Source: Setoptus koraiensis (lineage: Eukaryota; Animalia; Arthropoda). Taken from it: a stretch of 64,000 nt of DNA. How positions within the stretch are numbered: position 1 is the first letter of the stretch; each line of letters opens with the position of its first letter. Below the pieces are notes generated by a model. It worked only from the letters and a program-made list of their open reading frames with translations. It had not been told where the DNA came from and made no database searches. Positions 45,790 through 55,096 of this stretch are shown here, piece after piece. The translations under genes were made by a program, and so were the position numbers. The DNA lies in the NCBI GenBank assembly GCA_048013815.1, contig CM106586.1, positions 13,826,001 through 13,890,000 on the forward strand, in the 5' to 3' direction.

Positions 45790-47484
45790 CTAGAGATTGC
45801 TACTTCTAAGAGCTAATGTGATTAGGTCCCACGGTCTCTGAAAATGGCTAGATGGTAGAGGCGCACAATGCAATGAATCATAGTCATTCAAGTATTTTGA
45901 AGCCAAATATAAGACAAGTTGATCCTTTGATGATCGATCCAAATCAGGTCCAATATCCACTGGATAGCATGTTTTAGTTGTTCTAAAATGGTCCAATAGT
46001 TTTCGCATGCAGTTTTTCGCATTCACTGAGTATCTATTAAGATAGTTATTTTGATGATCTGCACCACCTGCTAGGTATTCTTGCAGCAAACTTGAGGAGC
46101 GTTCATCCATCAATATGGGGAATCTTTGTTTTAAGAGATCCAGCAGCAAGTGGTTGGCCCGATTAGTTGAGGGTGAATTGTTTGGATCTGTTGCTATCAC
46201 TTCATCTTGAGTTCGACGAATAAGAAGAACGGGTCCCTGGTAATGCCGTAGATGGGCAGAATTATTCAAATCGAAATACTTATTAATAGCAACTCGAGTG
46301 AGTGGCGCCAAAACGGGTGGCATTACGTTGAGAGCTAACGGTAGTATAGAGTCAAAGCTGGCATCTATAATGAGGCCACTAATATCGGGATATCTCATGC
46401 CAGCCCATGTTGCTGTGAATCCTCCAATTGACCAGCCATGCACGATGATTGATTGTGGCTTAAAACCCAATCTATCTATGGCAAATTTTATTACCACATC
46501 TATGGCAGATGCTTCTTGGCTAGGGTAAGGTTTTCCTGAGGATCCACCAAATCCCGGATGATTCCACCCTAAAACAGAGTAACCGCATTCCAATGGTGCA
46601 TTTATTACACCTAACTCATAGAATCCTCCATTTCCCTCACAACCAATAACGAGAGTATCCCCGTTTGGAGTAGCGTTTCGACGATCCACAAATATCGAGT
46701 CAATGGAGTTTCTATCGTATGACACTAGTTTATATCTGACACCTTCATGTTCTTCAACTAATTTAGCACGACCGGCAAGAATGGCTGGTTGCATAATGGC
46801 TTGAAAAAAAGACATAGATCCAGGATAAATCATTCTGCGACCAAATGTAGCCATGATGACATAACTCAGTGATTCCATTGCATATCTCGCTACCCTTTCT
46901 AAAAAGGTTTCGTTGCCAAAACGCGATGATCTGGCGCATGGTGGAAACGTTTTCTCATAAGGACTAGGTGGATTGTTCACGTCGGCCAAACTAGAACCAT
47001 GCCATATGTAGTCGGCGGGCCAAGCTTTGAATTCAAAGTCATAATGATTCAGAATGCGTCTTGTAGCATCCGAGGGATGAGACTTGGCTCGAGCCAAGGC
47101 TCTCATGAATGCCGTGTAATCAGGATTCGTGTATCTGCCATAACCGCGCAAAGCAAATGTCGTAAGTAGAAACGCAGCTATCGTGACGACAATTTTAGCA
47201 ATGAATATTTCGTTTAAACCCGATTCACCTGTCAGAGGTATGTGTTTGTTGTAAATACAGTAGGATAATATTACCGGAGATATGTAGATTCCCGCCTGGA
47301 CGGCTATATTGATCAGTCTTAATATATTATCGCTGATCAACTCCAATTGGTTGCGCTTATAATAACGGTTTGAGCCCAATAAAGCTGCTGGCGTTTCCTC
47401 TGTCAATGATCTCCCGTTTATTTTGAAAAAAGCGTTCAATCTCGGACCAGAAGAATAGGCTAATAGGGACCTTAGAGTCGACAT
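45790..47484 (-). CDS. ABHD16A: ABHD16A (BAT5) phosphatidylserine lipase-like alpha/beta hydrolase, 564 aa, intronless
   Basis: Motifs GRRMIYPGS, LVIGCEGNGGFYELG, GYSVLGWNHPGFGGSSG, nucleophile elbow GWSIGG, IDASFD, LIRRTQDEVI, C-terminal HCAPLP, and N-terminal TM segments. The first ATG is at 47484 (the ORF-track start is TTG). Confidence 0.93.
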   Translation of the reverse strand: MSTLRSLLAYSSGPRLNAFFKINGRSLTEETPAALLGSNRYYKRNQLELISDNILRLINIAVQAGIYISPVILSYCIYNKHIPLTGESGLNEIFIAKIVVTIAAFLLTTFALRGYGRYTNPDYTAFMRALARAKSHPSDATRRILNHYDFEFKAWPADYIWHGSSLADVNNPPSPYEKTFPPCARSSRFGNETFLERVARYAMESLSYVIMATFGRRMIYPGSMSFFQAIMQPAILAGRAKLVEEHEGVRYKLVSYDRNSIDSIFVDRRNATPNGDTLVIGCEGNGGFYELGVINAPLECGYSVLGWNHPGFGGSSGKPYPSQEASAIDVVIKFAIDRLGFKPQSIIVHGWSIGGFTATWAGMRYPDISGLIIDASFDSILPLALNVMPPVLAPLTRVAINKYFDLNNSAHLRHYQGPVLLIRRTQDEVIATDPNNSPSTNRANHLLLDLLKQRFPILMDERSSSLLQEYLAGGADHQNNYLNRYSVNAKNCMRKLLDHFRTTKTCYPVDIGPDLDRSSKDQLVLYLASKYLNDYDSLHCAPLPSSHFQRPWDLITLALRSSNL

Positions 47485-48497
47485 GATTGTCTGAATTGTC
47501 AATCCAAGATACCAAATGTCAGTTATTATTATTAGTGGGTCTGTGAGGGTTTATGCCAATCTATTCTTTAAGTTGGAGATTATCATTGTTCGTGTTGAAT
47601 TCTACGTAGTGGATTATATGCATGTCATGTAAAAAAGCCCGGTCTCACTAGGAACGTTAGTTGTGGGTATTGGTATTTGTTAATCTACCTGATGGTGATG
47701 CTTTTTTCCTTGTAAATGACATAATAAATGTAGTATTAACGATTTTACTGCAAGGTACATTGCTGAATATCACTTTACAGCAGATAGATGTGTGCGTCTT
47801 TTTTTTTTCAAATGTAAACAACTCCCAGTCAACAGAACGTCCGCCAGAGGCGCTGACGACTTCGTGAAAGTAGTACAGGGTGTACCCTGAATTTGGCGCA
47901 ATCATTTGTCACTGACTTTCTATCGATATAATCGATCATAGAGCCCTCCTTTATCTGACCCCTTGAGTATAGAACGTTTTACTGTTTATCTTCATAACAA
48001 CTCTCGAGATATGTGTTGTGCACAATGCAATATCTAAATGAAGTGAAAAAAAAGTTATATGCCCATTTGAGGTGCAACAAATGCATCAAATGAACTGACA
48101 GCTCGGCCAAAGAGACTTCACAAGTCTAGTCAGTTGCACCTGAGATGAAAGGGATGACTAGAGAGAAGGTTAATGTTTTGAATGATAGTTGTATGCTTGT
48201 CGGATCATTAATAGGGCACTCATTTGGATTCATATCGGCTTATCTAGATATCAATGGAAACATGGCGGCGATTTACTTAAAAGAAACAGCGGCGGAGTGG
48301 CAAATACAAAACATTCTACTACAAAAACCTCTGTAATGATTTCAAGGGTCATGGTGAGATTAGCGACAGAAAAGAACGACTTCAACAATTCAGATATAAA
48401 TCATTCGCATTTCATTCGCGCTAAGTTTATTCAGATTTATTAATACCCACTCACAACTGTTGTCAGACATAGATTGTGCAATGTGTAAGTGTTGGTG

Positions 48498-49253
48498 TTA
48501 CTCAATTGTTTGTACAGGTCTGATTAAATCGTTGACATAATCGCGAGATTTCATGTAGATCTTATTTAGATCTCGAACAATTTCTCCCTCATAGTTGAGA
48601 TTCTTTTTGTCGCAATTGAGTTTAAATATTGCCTCAGCCTCACGAAGAAATACACAATATCTGGCCGCTCGCTTCATTATTTGAACCTGAGTCTCTTTGT
48701 CATTTTTGCCTGGTGTATTATCGCTCAGGGTTCTCACCATTGCTTGCAATTGTCTGTGGCGGTTCTTCTCCACTTCGCGGTGACGCAATTTTTTGTTGTT
48801 GTAATTTCCATGATTAGCGTAATAATGATTATTTTGTTGGAAGTTTCGCTCACGTTCCTCCTCTTGCTCTTCCTCGTGTTCTTGTTCTTCTTCTTGCTCT
48901 TCCTCCTGTTCCTGTTGTGGTTGGTGTGGTTGTTGCATATCTAATTGTTGCTGCTGCAGTAATTCTTGTTGTTGCTGAAATTCGTGTTGTTGTTGGTGAT
49001 GTAATTGTAGCTGTAAATCATGTTGTTGATGATGTAAGTGTAACTGCTCTTCATGAAATTGTTGTTGTTGAAATTGAAGGTGCTGGTGATACTGATTTGC
49101 CTCGCTATAGGGGCAGCAATCTTGGTTTAATCTACAACTGAGCAAAAGGCAGTAATAATGTGCCGAAACCTCTTGTTGCGACATTGGCTCGTACATGTGT
49201 GCCATCGTGTTGTCATAAAGAGTGCACTGATAATTTTTGGTTATCATTGACAT
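48498..49253 (-). CDS. Divergent bHLH protein with poly-Q/E N-terminal half, 251 aa
   Basis: The segment KKLRHREVEKNRHRQLQAMVRTLSDNTPGKNDKETQVQIMKRAARYCVFL fits the basic-helix-loop-helix spacing (H..E..R, L, P, loop, helix 2). Confidence 0.75.
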   Translation of the reverse strand: MSMITKNYQCTLYDNTMAHMYEPMSQQEVSAHYYCLLLSCRLNQDCCPYSEANQYHQHLQFQQQQFHEEQLHLHHQQHDLQLQLHHQQQHEFQQQQELLQQQQLDMQQPHQPQQEQEEEQEEEQEHEEEQEEERERNFQQNNHYYANHGNYNNKKLRHREVEKNRHRQLQAMVRTLSDNTPGKNDKETQVQIMKRAARYCVFLREAEAIFKLNCDKKNLNYEGEIVRDLNKIYMKSRDYVNDLIRPVQTIE

Positions 49254-50049
49254 CTTGACAGATTAATGAGGCGCCTTCGACCAAATATATCAATTTATTT
49301 TTGGAATCAAACATATGAATTGAACAAGTGGACGAATAGACTGGTTAACAGTTGGACTATTGAGGATAAAAAAATGCTTCAATGCTAATGCAAATGCTCA
49401 ATTTCAACGCTGCTTGAACAACGAAAAAATTTTTCGTCTGACTGTCAAAAAAATTAGCCGGTCTGTCAGTCGACTTTGAGCGCATTGTGTGAAAATGCGC
49501 ACACACAAAAAAATTCTGACAGATTTTGTGCATGTAACAGTCGTATTCTGGAGTGCTTCTTCAGATAAGAATAGTGAAGAGTTGATTTGAAATGCTTACT
49601 CAGACAATATGGCGTGCTCAGCTCAGTTAATTATGCTCGAGTGCGCCAAAATGATTCACAGGCGTTCGCACATCTAACGTTATGCGTTGCGTAAGTTACG
49701 TTTTTTATACTGTGCTGGACTAAATTTCAATAAAGAAAACAAATCGGTCCCAGACACACACAAAATTGGTGCTGAAAAATCGTATTGCTCGTCAGGTCGA
49801 GACGTTTCGGTTTTCGCCAGTTCCAATCGCTCGCATTTAATTTTGATCTACACTGTATACTCAAGTAGTCAATCCGTTTTTCAAATGTGAAACCGGAAAT
49901 TGCGTAATCTGAATAAAAAAATTACAGTTATGAGAAAATCTAGAGAGAGATCGATCCATTCTACGTGAGAATATGAAAAATAAGCCTTGAACACACTATA
50001 TTTGGAACGATCAATTTTGTTCGGTTTAATAATTACAATAATCTCGGAA

Positions 50050-53000
50050 TTACTTCCGTCGCCTTCTGAAATATCTACTAATATTGAAAAATCGAGCTAA
50101 TCTCGACCTCCTTGGCGGTGGCTCCTCTATACTCTCATTTGAGCTACTTGAAGAATCTAGGCTGCTCAAGCTAGACGACGAGGATCTATTTAAACGACGC
50201 GCAGATCTTGGACGTCTTGAGTATGCTCTTCTGGGAGTTTTCACATTTTTGATCCTAGTTCCTCTCGGCGAGCTTTTGTTCCGCTGAGGGCTTCGGGGTG
50301 ACCCTGTTTGTTCACTTGACGATTCAGCTATACCTGGATCATTGAAAATATTAGACACATCAGAGCTATCGCTAGAATGAGAATTTTCCCTGGATATAGT
50401 TCGGGTGGTCTTTTTATGTACAGTTTTTCTTGTTGTTTTCCTAGTTCTACCTTTAACGGTCTTTTTTGTTTTAGTTCGTTTGGCAGCTTTACGAGAGACT
50501 GATCTTTTAGTGGCACGTTTTCCGGTCGATCTACTTCTCGATTTGCGACGTAATCTAGGAGAATCCTCCAATTCATGTAGTACAGCCACTATTCTGGGCT
50601 GCCCTCTACTACGGCTACGTCTAGGTGTTACTCTTTTTCTAACTCTCGAGTTTTTTGTCGTTTTTCTTCCTCGCACACTCTTGGCCTTCCTTGTGTTTTT
50701 TTTCTTTCTATTGCTTGAATCACTTTGTCCGTCTTCGCTCATTTTGTTTTCGGAAGATCCGGTGTGCTGGGCGGTTGACGAAGATGTTGACCCATTCGTT
50801 TCTGATGATTTTGTCTTTATTTTAACCCTGGACTTTGTCAGACTGCCGCCGGATTTCGATTGGCTGTCAGACCCACCAATTTTTTCTCTGGTCTCTTCGA
50901 CATCAGGCTCTTTGGTTGATTCACTGGAGCGATCACTACTTTTAGCTCTCTCGACTTGATTAATGGTCGCATCTTGAGGCTTTTGAACCTTTTCGGAGAT
51001 AATACCACTAGCGCCTCCATCTTGTTGCATCCCAGGCCGTGATTTGTTTTCTTTACTCTCCAATTCTCTCTCAGCTTGAATTCTCTCCTCAGTTGTCATG
51101 GTTAGATACTGTGTTGTTTCAATCAATCTCCATCGGCGGCGCTTCTTGATGGCGGCCTCTTTGGCATTCATTCCTGGACCGTCCAACTTTTCCATATCTT
51201 CAATCACGGTTTCAGCTTGCTTTCTCTTTTCGGGAGGCAATCTAGCTGATACTTGTTGCGCTTGAGATAGCTCGGCCTCAATGAATTTTGTCAAGCGCAT
51301 CTCTGAATCAAGCCTGCGAATGTCTTTATTTGACTGTTGGGTTACCGAATCAATACGTTCTTGTGCCTTGTGAGAGGAAGTACTGCCTCGAATATCTGCA
51401 TCGGATTTGGAAACTGATTTGGAGGTGTCAGTTACTTTTTGAGCCTGGTCAGTAGAATTTGTGGTACTTTTGCTAGTGCCGAGTTCCACCTCTCGAGACT
51501 TTGTGCGGCCTGCTGTTGACTGCATGATAGATGCATCACTCATTTCTTTGGTATTTTTGTAGGAGACTTCATCGTCTGCGCGTTCTGCGTGTCGAGTCTC
51601 TGACTTCACTCTACTTTCTTGATTCTCCAACTCCTTCTCGGCGCTGATTCTTTCCTCGTTGGTCATAGTCAGATAGTGTGTTGTTTCGATCAATTTCCAC
51701 CTGCGGCGCTTTTTGATAGCTGCCTCCTTAGCACTTATTTCTGGACCGTCCAACTTTTCCATTTCTTTGATCACAGTTTCAGCTTGCTTTTTTTTATCAG
51801 GCGATAATTTTGATGCAACTTGTTGTGCCTGAGATAACTCAGCCTCGATAGTTGATGTGCGGCGAAGCTTTCCCTTCGACTGCTGGGTATCGAGGTCTTC
51901 GATAGGCATATCAGAAGTATCTTTGACACGATCGCGAGTGCTTGCATCAGATGGGGAAACCGTTTTTGTTTTGCCAGTCTCATTAGCCGAGATTGTAGTA
52001 CTCGTACTCATGGCGGGCACTTCATCGGGTTTCGCCATGGTGCCGGCGGCTGCTGAGTTTTGAGTAGATGCAGCATTTGTTTCCCCAGATTTCTCAGCAC
52101 TAGCGCTTGGTGTTTTTTTGGAGTCACGGTTGGGATCTGGAACCTTGCTCATCGTATCTTGAGCCACTGGCAGCGACTTGTTCGCGAGGTGATCCGAATT
52201 GTTCGGTGAGCTCTGTTGTAATTCTGTTTTGGTTCTGTTCGAACGTTCACCATCAATCGCTGCTTGCTCGGCTTGTTTGAGGGTCACCCCTTGAGAAGTA
52301 TCTATGCTATTGCTGCGATTGCTTGCATCAGATTCGAGAAATGCTTGGTCTCGCGCAGATGCAGTAAATAAAGGCCTCTGAGATAGAGTCAGTCTTCTAC
52401 CAACGGGGAAAGTTGGGTAAGTATTTTCAGGGCTACTTGCTGCTTCCTTTGCTTGTGTGACTGTTGCATCCTGAGGCGTTTCCATTGTGCTAGGGCCATC
52501 CTTAGCATTGGCTCGAATATTCGGTTCCATTTCAGAAACCGATCTAGCTTGTTGCGCGGAATCTTCATCTCGGCCAGTTGCTACGAATAAGGGCTTCTCA
52601 GATAGAGTCCTTCTTCTACCCGCAGCGATTTTGGGACTTTCAAGATTTGTTTGGTCAGCAGTTGTTGCTTGTTTAACTTTTGCATCTTGAGGCTTTTCCA
52701 CTGTTTCAGAGATTTCACTTGGAATACTTTGAATGCTTGACCCTGATATGGAAACTGATTTGGAGATGCCGCTCGCCTTTGAAGCTTCATCAACAGAACT
52801 CGCTGTGCTCGTGCTGCTGTCTTGACCCAATTTTTCGGGCATTTTGGGGCTGCCAGCTTTTGATCGCGTCGCAGATTTATCTGTTATTTCTTTCATCTCT
52901 TGAACATCGGTACTCGGTGGAATGGTAGTCTTACTCGTTGTTTCCTGAACAACGGAAAATGGATTACTTTGCAGATGATCTGAACTCTTTGCTTTAATTC

Positions 53001-54519
53001 GTGGTGACGGCCCTGCATCAGATTTGACCATTCGATCAGGCTGGCTAGTCTGGGAAATTTTCTCGGCGATGGCTAATTTTTGATCGGCAGGAGACTCACT
53101 ACTCCTCTTCGACAAGTCTGACGATTTTTTACTGACAATGGCCGAATCACTAGATCTACGAAGTTTGTCAGTAGATCGTTCGCTGGTAGATGTGTGCGGC
53201 TTCGAAACAAATGATGCGGCTGATTTTGACTCACTCGTTCCTTTGGATCCGGTCGACTCGACCTGCGACTTTTTTGGTGATTTGTTCAAGCTAACTGCTG
53301 TCTGTTTGTCTTGCTTAGTCATATCTCGAGACTTTCCCACAGTGTCCACGACGTTTTTCACATTAGCGCGAGTGCTTGCATCAGGTCTCGTAATTGATTT
53401 AGTGATGCTGCTGACTTTTTTCGCAGTAGTCTGTGAGGATACTTTATGTAGTTTTGGAGCGGTCACCTGATCTCGATTACTGGATTTCGTATCAACTTTT
53501 TTAGGTTTAGGTAAAGTTTTTGGTTGTGACGTTGTGGCCGGTTTTCTGGTATTATCTACATTTTTTGTTTTCGTGTCTTTTTTGACAGAGGAGTTCTTAC
53601 TCGTTTCAGATGCAATTTTAGGTTGAGGTTTAGGTAGAGACTTGGGCTCAGACTTTATTGTTTTGGTATTAATTTTCTTTGCAGTAGTTTTCTCAACTTT
53701 TTTCGCGTTCGCATTGACATTTTTTTGTGCTAACTGTTTGCCAGTCATCAGTTTCGATGCTTTACCTATCGAGCTGAGTGAACCATCCGAACCATGTGAT
53801 ACAATAGATTCGTGGGATCCGATAGAGGTCAACGATGATGATCGTCTTAATGGTTTAGGTATTTGTTTGGAGGCTCGCTCGACTTGCTTGGAAGTCTGCT
53901 TGATTTCCTTCCTTGAGACGTCTTTTACAGTTGCAGCCTTCTTCAATGGAACCATTCTACTTGATGGACTCAAATTGGCAGATCTGGATCGAGGGATCGG
54001 CTCCTTTACATCCTTCTGTTTCGAAGATTTTTGCGAAGAACCTCTGCTTCCAGTCGATCCCGTCGAAGTTGGCTTTTTAGCTCCCAATTTAGGCAAGTTA
54101 ATTTGACGGGGTGCACCTGATTTCGAAGTTTTGTTTGTTGGCACATTCTCTTGTTTAAGAGACTTATCGCCTTTTTCAGTGCGTTTAGGTAAAATGGTGC
54201 GTTTGAAATGAGGATTCTTTTTAGCCTGATAAACTATGCTGGTTTTGGATTTAAGAGTGCTTGATGAGGGCGTTGGGGATGAAGTTTGAGAGACCTTTTC
54301 GTCTATTGGTTCACTGAATGTTGGTAACAATAACGACGACGGCTGGCTCGTTACACCAATGATGCGATCGTTCGAGATCTCTCGCTTCCGGCCAGCTTTT
54401 AGTCTCTTGGTCAATATTGTTTCTATATCTTTAGCGACTCGCTTCAGTTTTGAGTCAAATATAAATTGTTCATCTGAGAAGGCACAAAATACCACAATTT
54501 GACTTTTGTATCGGAACAT
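50050..54519 (-). CDS. Giant S/K/T-rich protein A (1489 aa) with two 74-aa repeats and an Arg/Lys/Ser-rich tail
   Basis: A 4.5-kb open frame from ATG 54519 (MFRYKSQIVVFCAF). The repeats are at 51846-51625 and 51279-51058. It is paralogous to 55097-60127. Confidence 0.85.
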   Translation of the reverse strand: MFRYKSQIVVFCAFSDEQFIFDSKLKRVAKDIETILTKRLKAGRKREISNDRIIGVTSQPSSLLLPTFSEPIDEKVSQTSSPTPSSSTLKSKTSIVYQAKKNPHFKRTILPKRTEKGDKSLKQENVPTNKTSKSGAPRQINLPKLGAKKPTSTGSTGSRGSSQKSSKQKDVKEPIPRSRSANLSPSSRMVPLKKAATVKDVSRKEIKQTSKQVERASKQIPKPLRRSSSLTSIGSHESIVSHGSDGSLSSIGKASKLMTGKQLAQKNVNANAKKVEKTTAKKINTKTIKSEPKSLPKPQPKIASETSKNSSVKKDTKTKNVDNTRKPATTSQPKTLPKPKKVDTKSSNRDQVTAPKLHKVSSQTTAKKVSSITKSITRPDASTRANVKNVVDTVGKSRDMTKQDKQTAVSLNKSPKKSQVESTGSKGTSESKSAASFVSKPHTSTSERSTDKLRRSSDSAIVSKKSSDLSKRSSESPADQKLAIAEKISQTSQPDRMVKSDAGPSPRIKAKSSDHLQSNPFSVVQETTSKTTIPPSTDVQEMKEITDKSATRSKAGSPKMPEKLGQDSSTSTASSVDEASKASGISKSVSISGSSIQSIPSEISETVEKPQDAKVKQATTADQTNLESPKIAAGRRRTLSEKPLFVATGRDEDSAQQARSVSEMEPNIRANAKDGPSTMETPQDATVTQAKEAASSPENTYPTFPVGRRLTLSQRPLFTASARDQAFLESDASNRSNSIDTSQGVTLKQAEQAAIDGERSNRTKTELQQSSPNNSDHLANKSLPVAQDTMSKVPDPNRDSKKTPSASAEKSGETNAASTQNSAAAGTMAKPDEVPAMSTSTTISANETGKTKTVSPSDASTRDRVKDTSDMPIEDLDTQQSKGKLRRTSTIEAELSQAQQVASKLSPDKKKQAETVIKEMEKLDGPEISAKEAAIKKRRRWKLIETTHYLTMTNEERISAEKELENQESRVKSETRHAERADDEVSYKNTKEMSDASIMQSTAGRTKSREVELGTSKSTTNSTDQAQKVTDTSKSVSKSDADIRGSTSSHKAQERIDSVTQQSNKDIRRLDSEMRLTKFIEAELSQAQQVSARLPPEKRKQAETVIEDMEKLDGPGMNAKEAAIKKRRRWRLIETTQYLTMTTEERIQAERELESKENKSRPGMQQDGGASGIISEKVQKPQDATINQVERAKSSDRSSESTKEPDVEETREKIGGSDSQSKSGGSLTKSRVKIKTKSSETNGSTSSSTAQHTGSSENKMSEDGQSDSSNRKKKNTRKAKSVRGRKTTKNSRVRKRVTPRRSRSRGQPRIVAVLHELEDSPRLRRKSRSRSTGKRATKRSVSRKAAKRTKTKKTVKGRTRKTTRKTVHKKTTRTISRENSHSSDSSDVSNIFNDPGIAESSSEQTGSPRSPQRNKSSPRGTRIKNVKTPRRAYSRRPRSARRLNRSSSSSLSSLDSSSSSNESIEEPPPRRSRLARFFNISRYFRRRRK

Positions 54520-54886
54520 AAATTTCCACGAAAACAAACACTAACAATTAAATAGATCAGGTCAGTTAGATGATGTCGGTCCAGCAATCATCAGAGATTC
54601 ATGGGTGAGACAGTGAGATGATATTCAATTGTTGTTTACAACAAATTGACGTTGACTCGTGATCTCAACTAGCTAGCTTAATAATAAAAAATCACAACTG
54701 AGCAGACTATCTAAATCAAAAAAAATTATTGCACTTGATTATCTGTCTTGCCAATCTCGCGCTGATACACCTATCTTTGTATGTCGAGGAGAAAAAAAAA
54801 ATTCTCGCGGATCAAAGACTTTTCCAAATTATAAATGACAAATCATTATAGAATACGGATGAGATATTTTTTCTATCAACCAATGA

Positions 54887-55013
54887 GATCTTGATTGATC
54901 AAATGATCATAATTCATTTTATTGGTCTGACTAAAATTATATCAATCAAGATCAATAAGATTTTCTTATAAAAGTACCATTATAAAAGAACTAGTTGACA
55001 TCCATCAACTAGT
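54887..55013. promoter_or_regulatory. Shared divergent promoter elements: two inverted repeats and two TATAAAAG boxes
   Basis: 13-bp IR GATCTTGATTGAT (54887-54899) / ATCAATCAAGATC (54941-54953). TATAAAAG at 54967 and 54981. 9-bp IR ACTAGTTGA (54990-54998) / TCAACTAGT (55005-55013). Confidence 0.5.
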
Positions 55014-55096
55014 CAGATTGTCATCAGTGTCACCGTACTCGTATTTACATTATTGTATAATGTTAACTTACAGTCATCGTTACCACAACTATCATA

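Noticed and set aside
47657-48443. Short ORFs between ABHD16A and the left bHLH
   Set aside because: Under 85 aa, with no recognisable motif or splice-consistent model.
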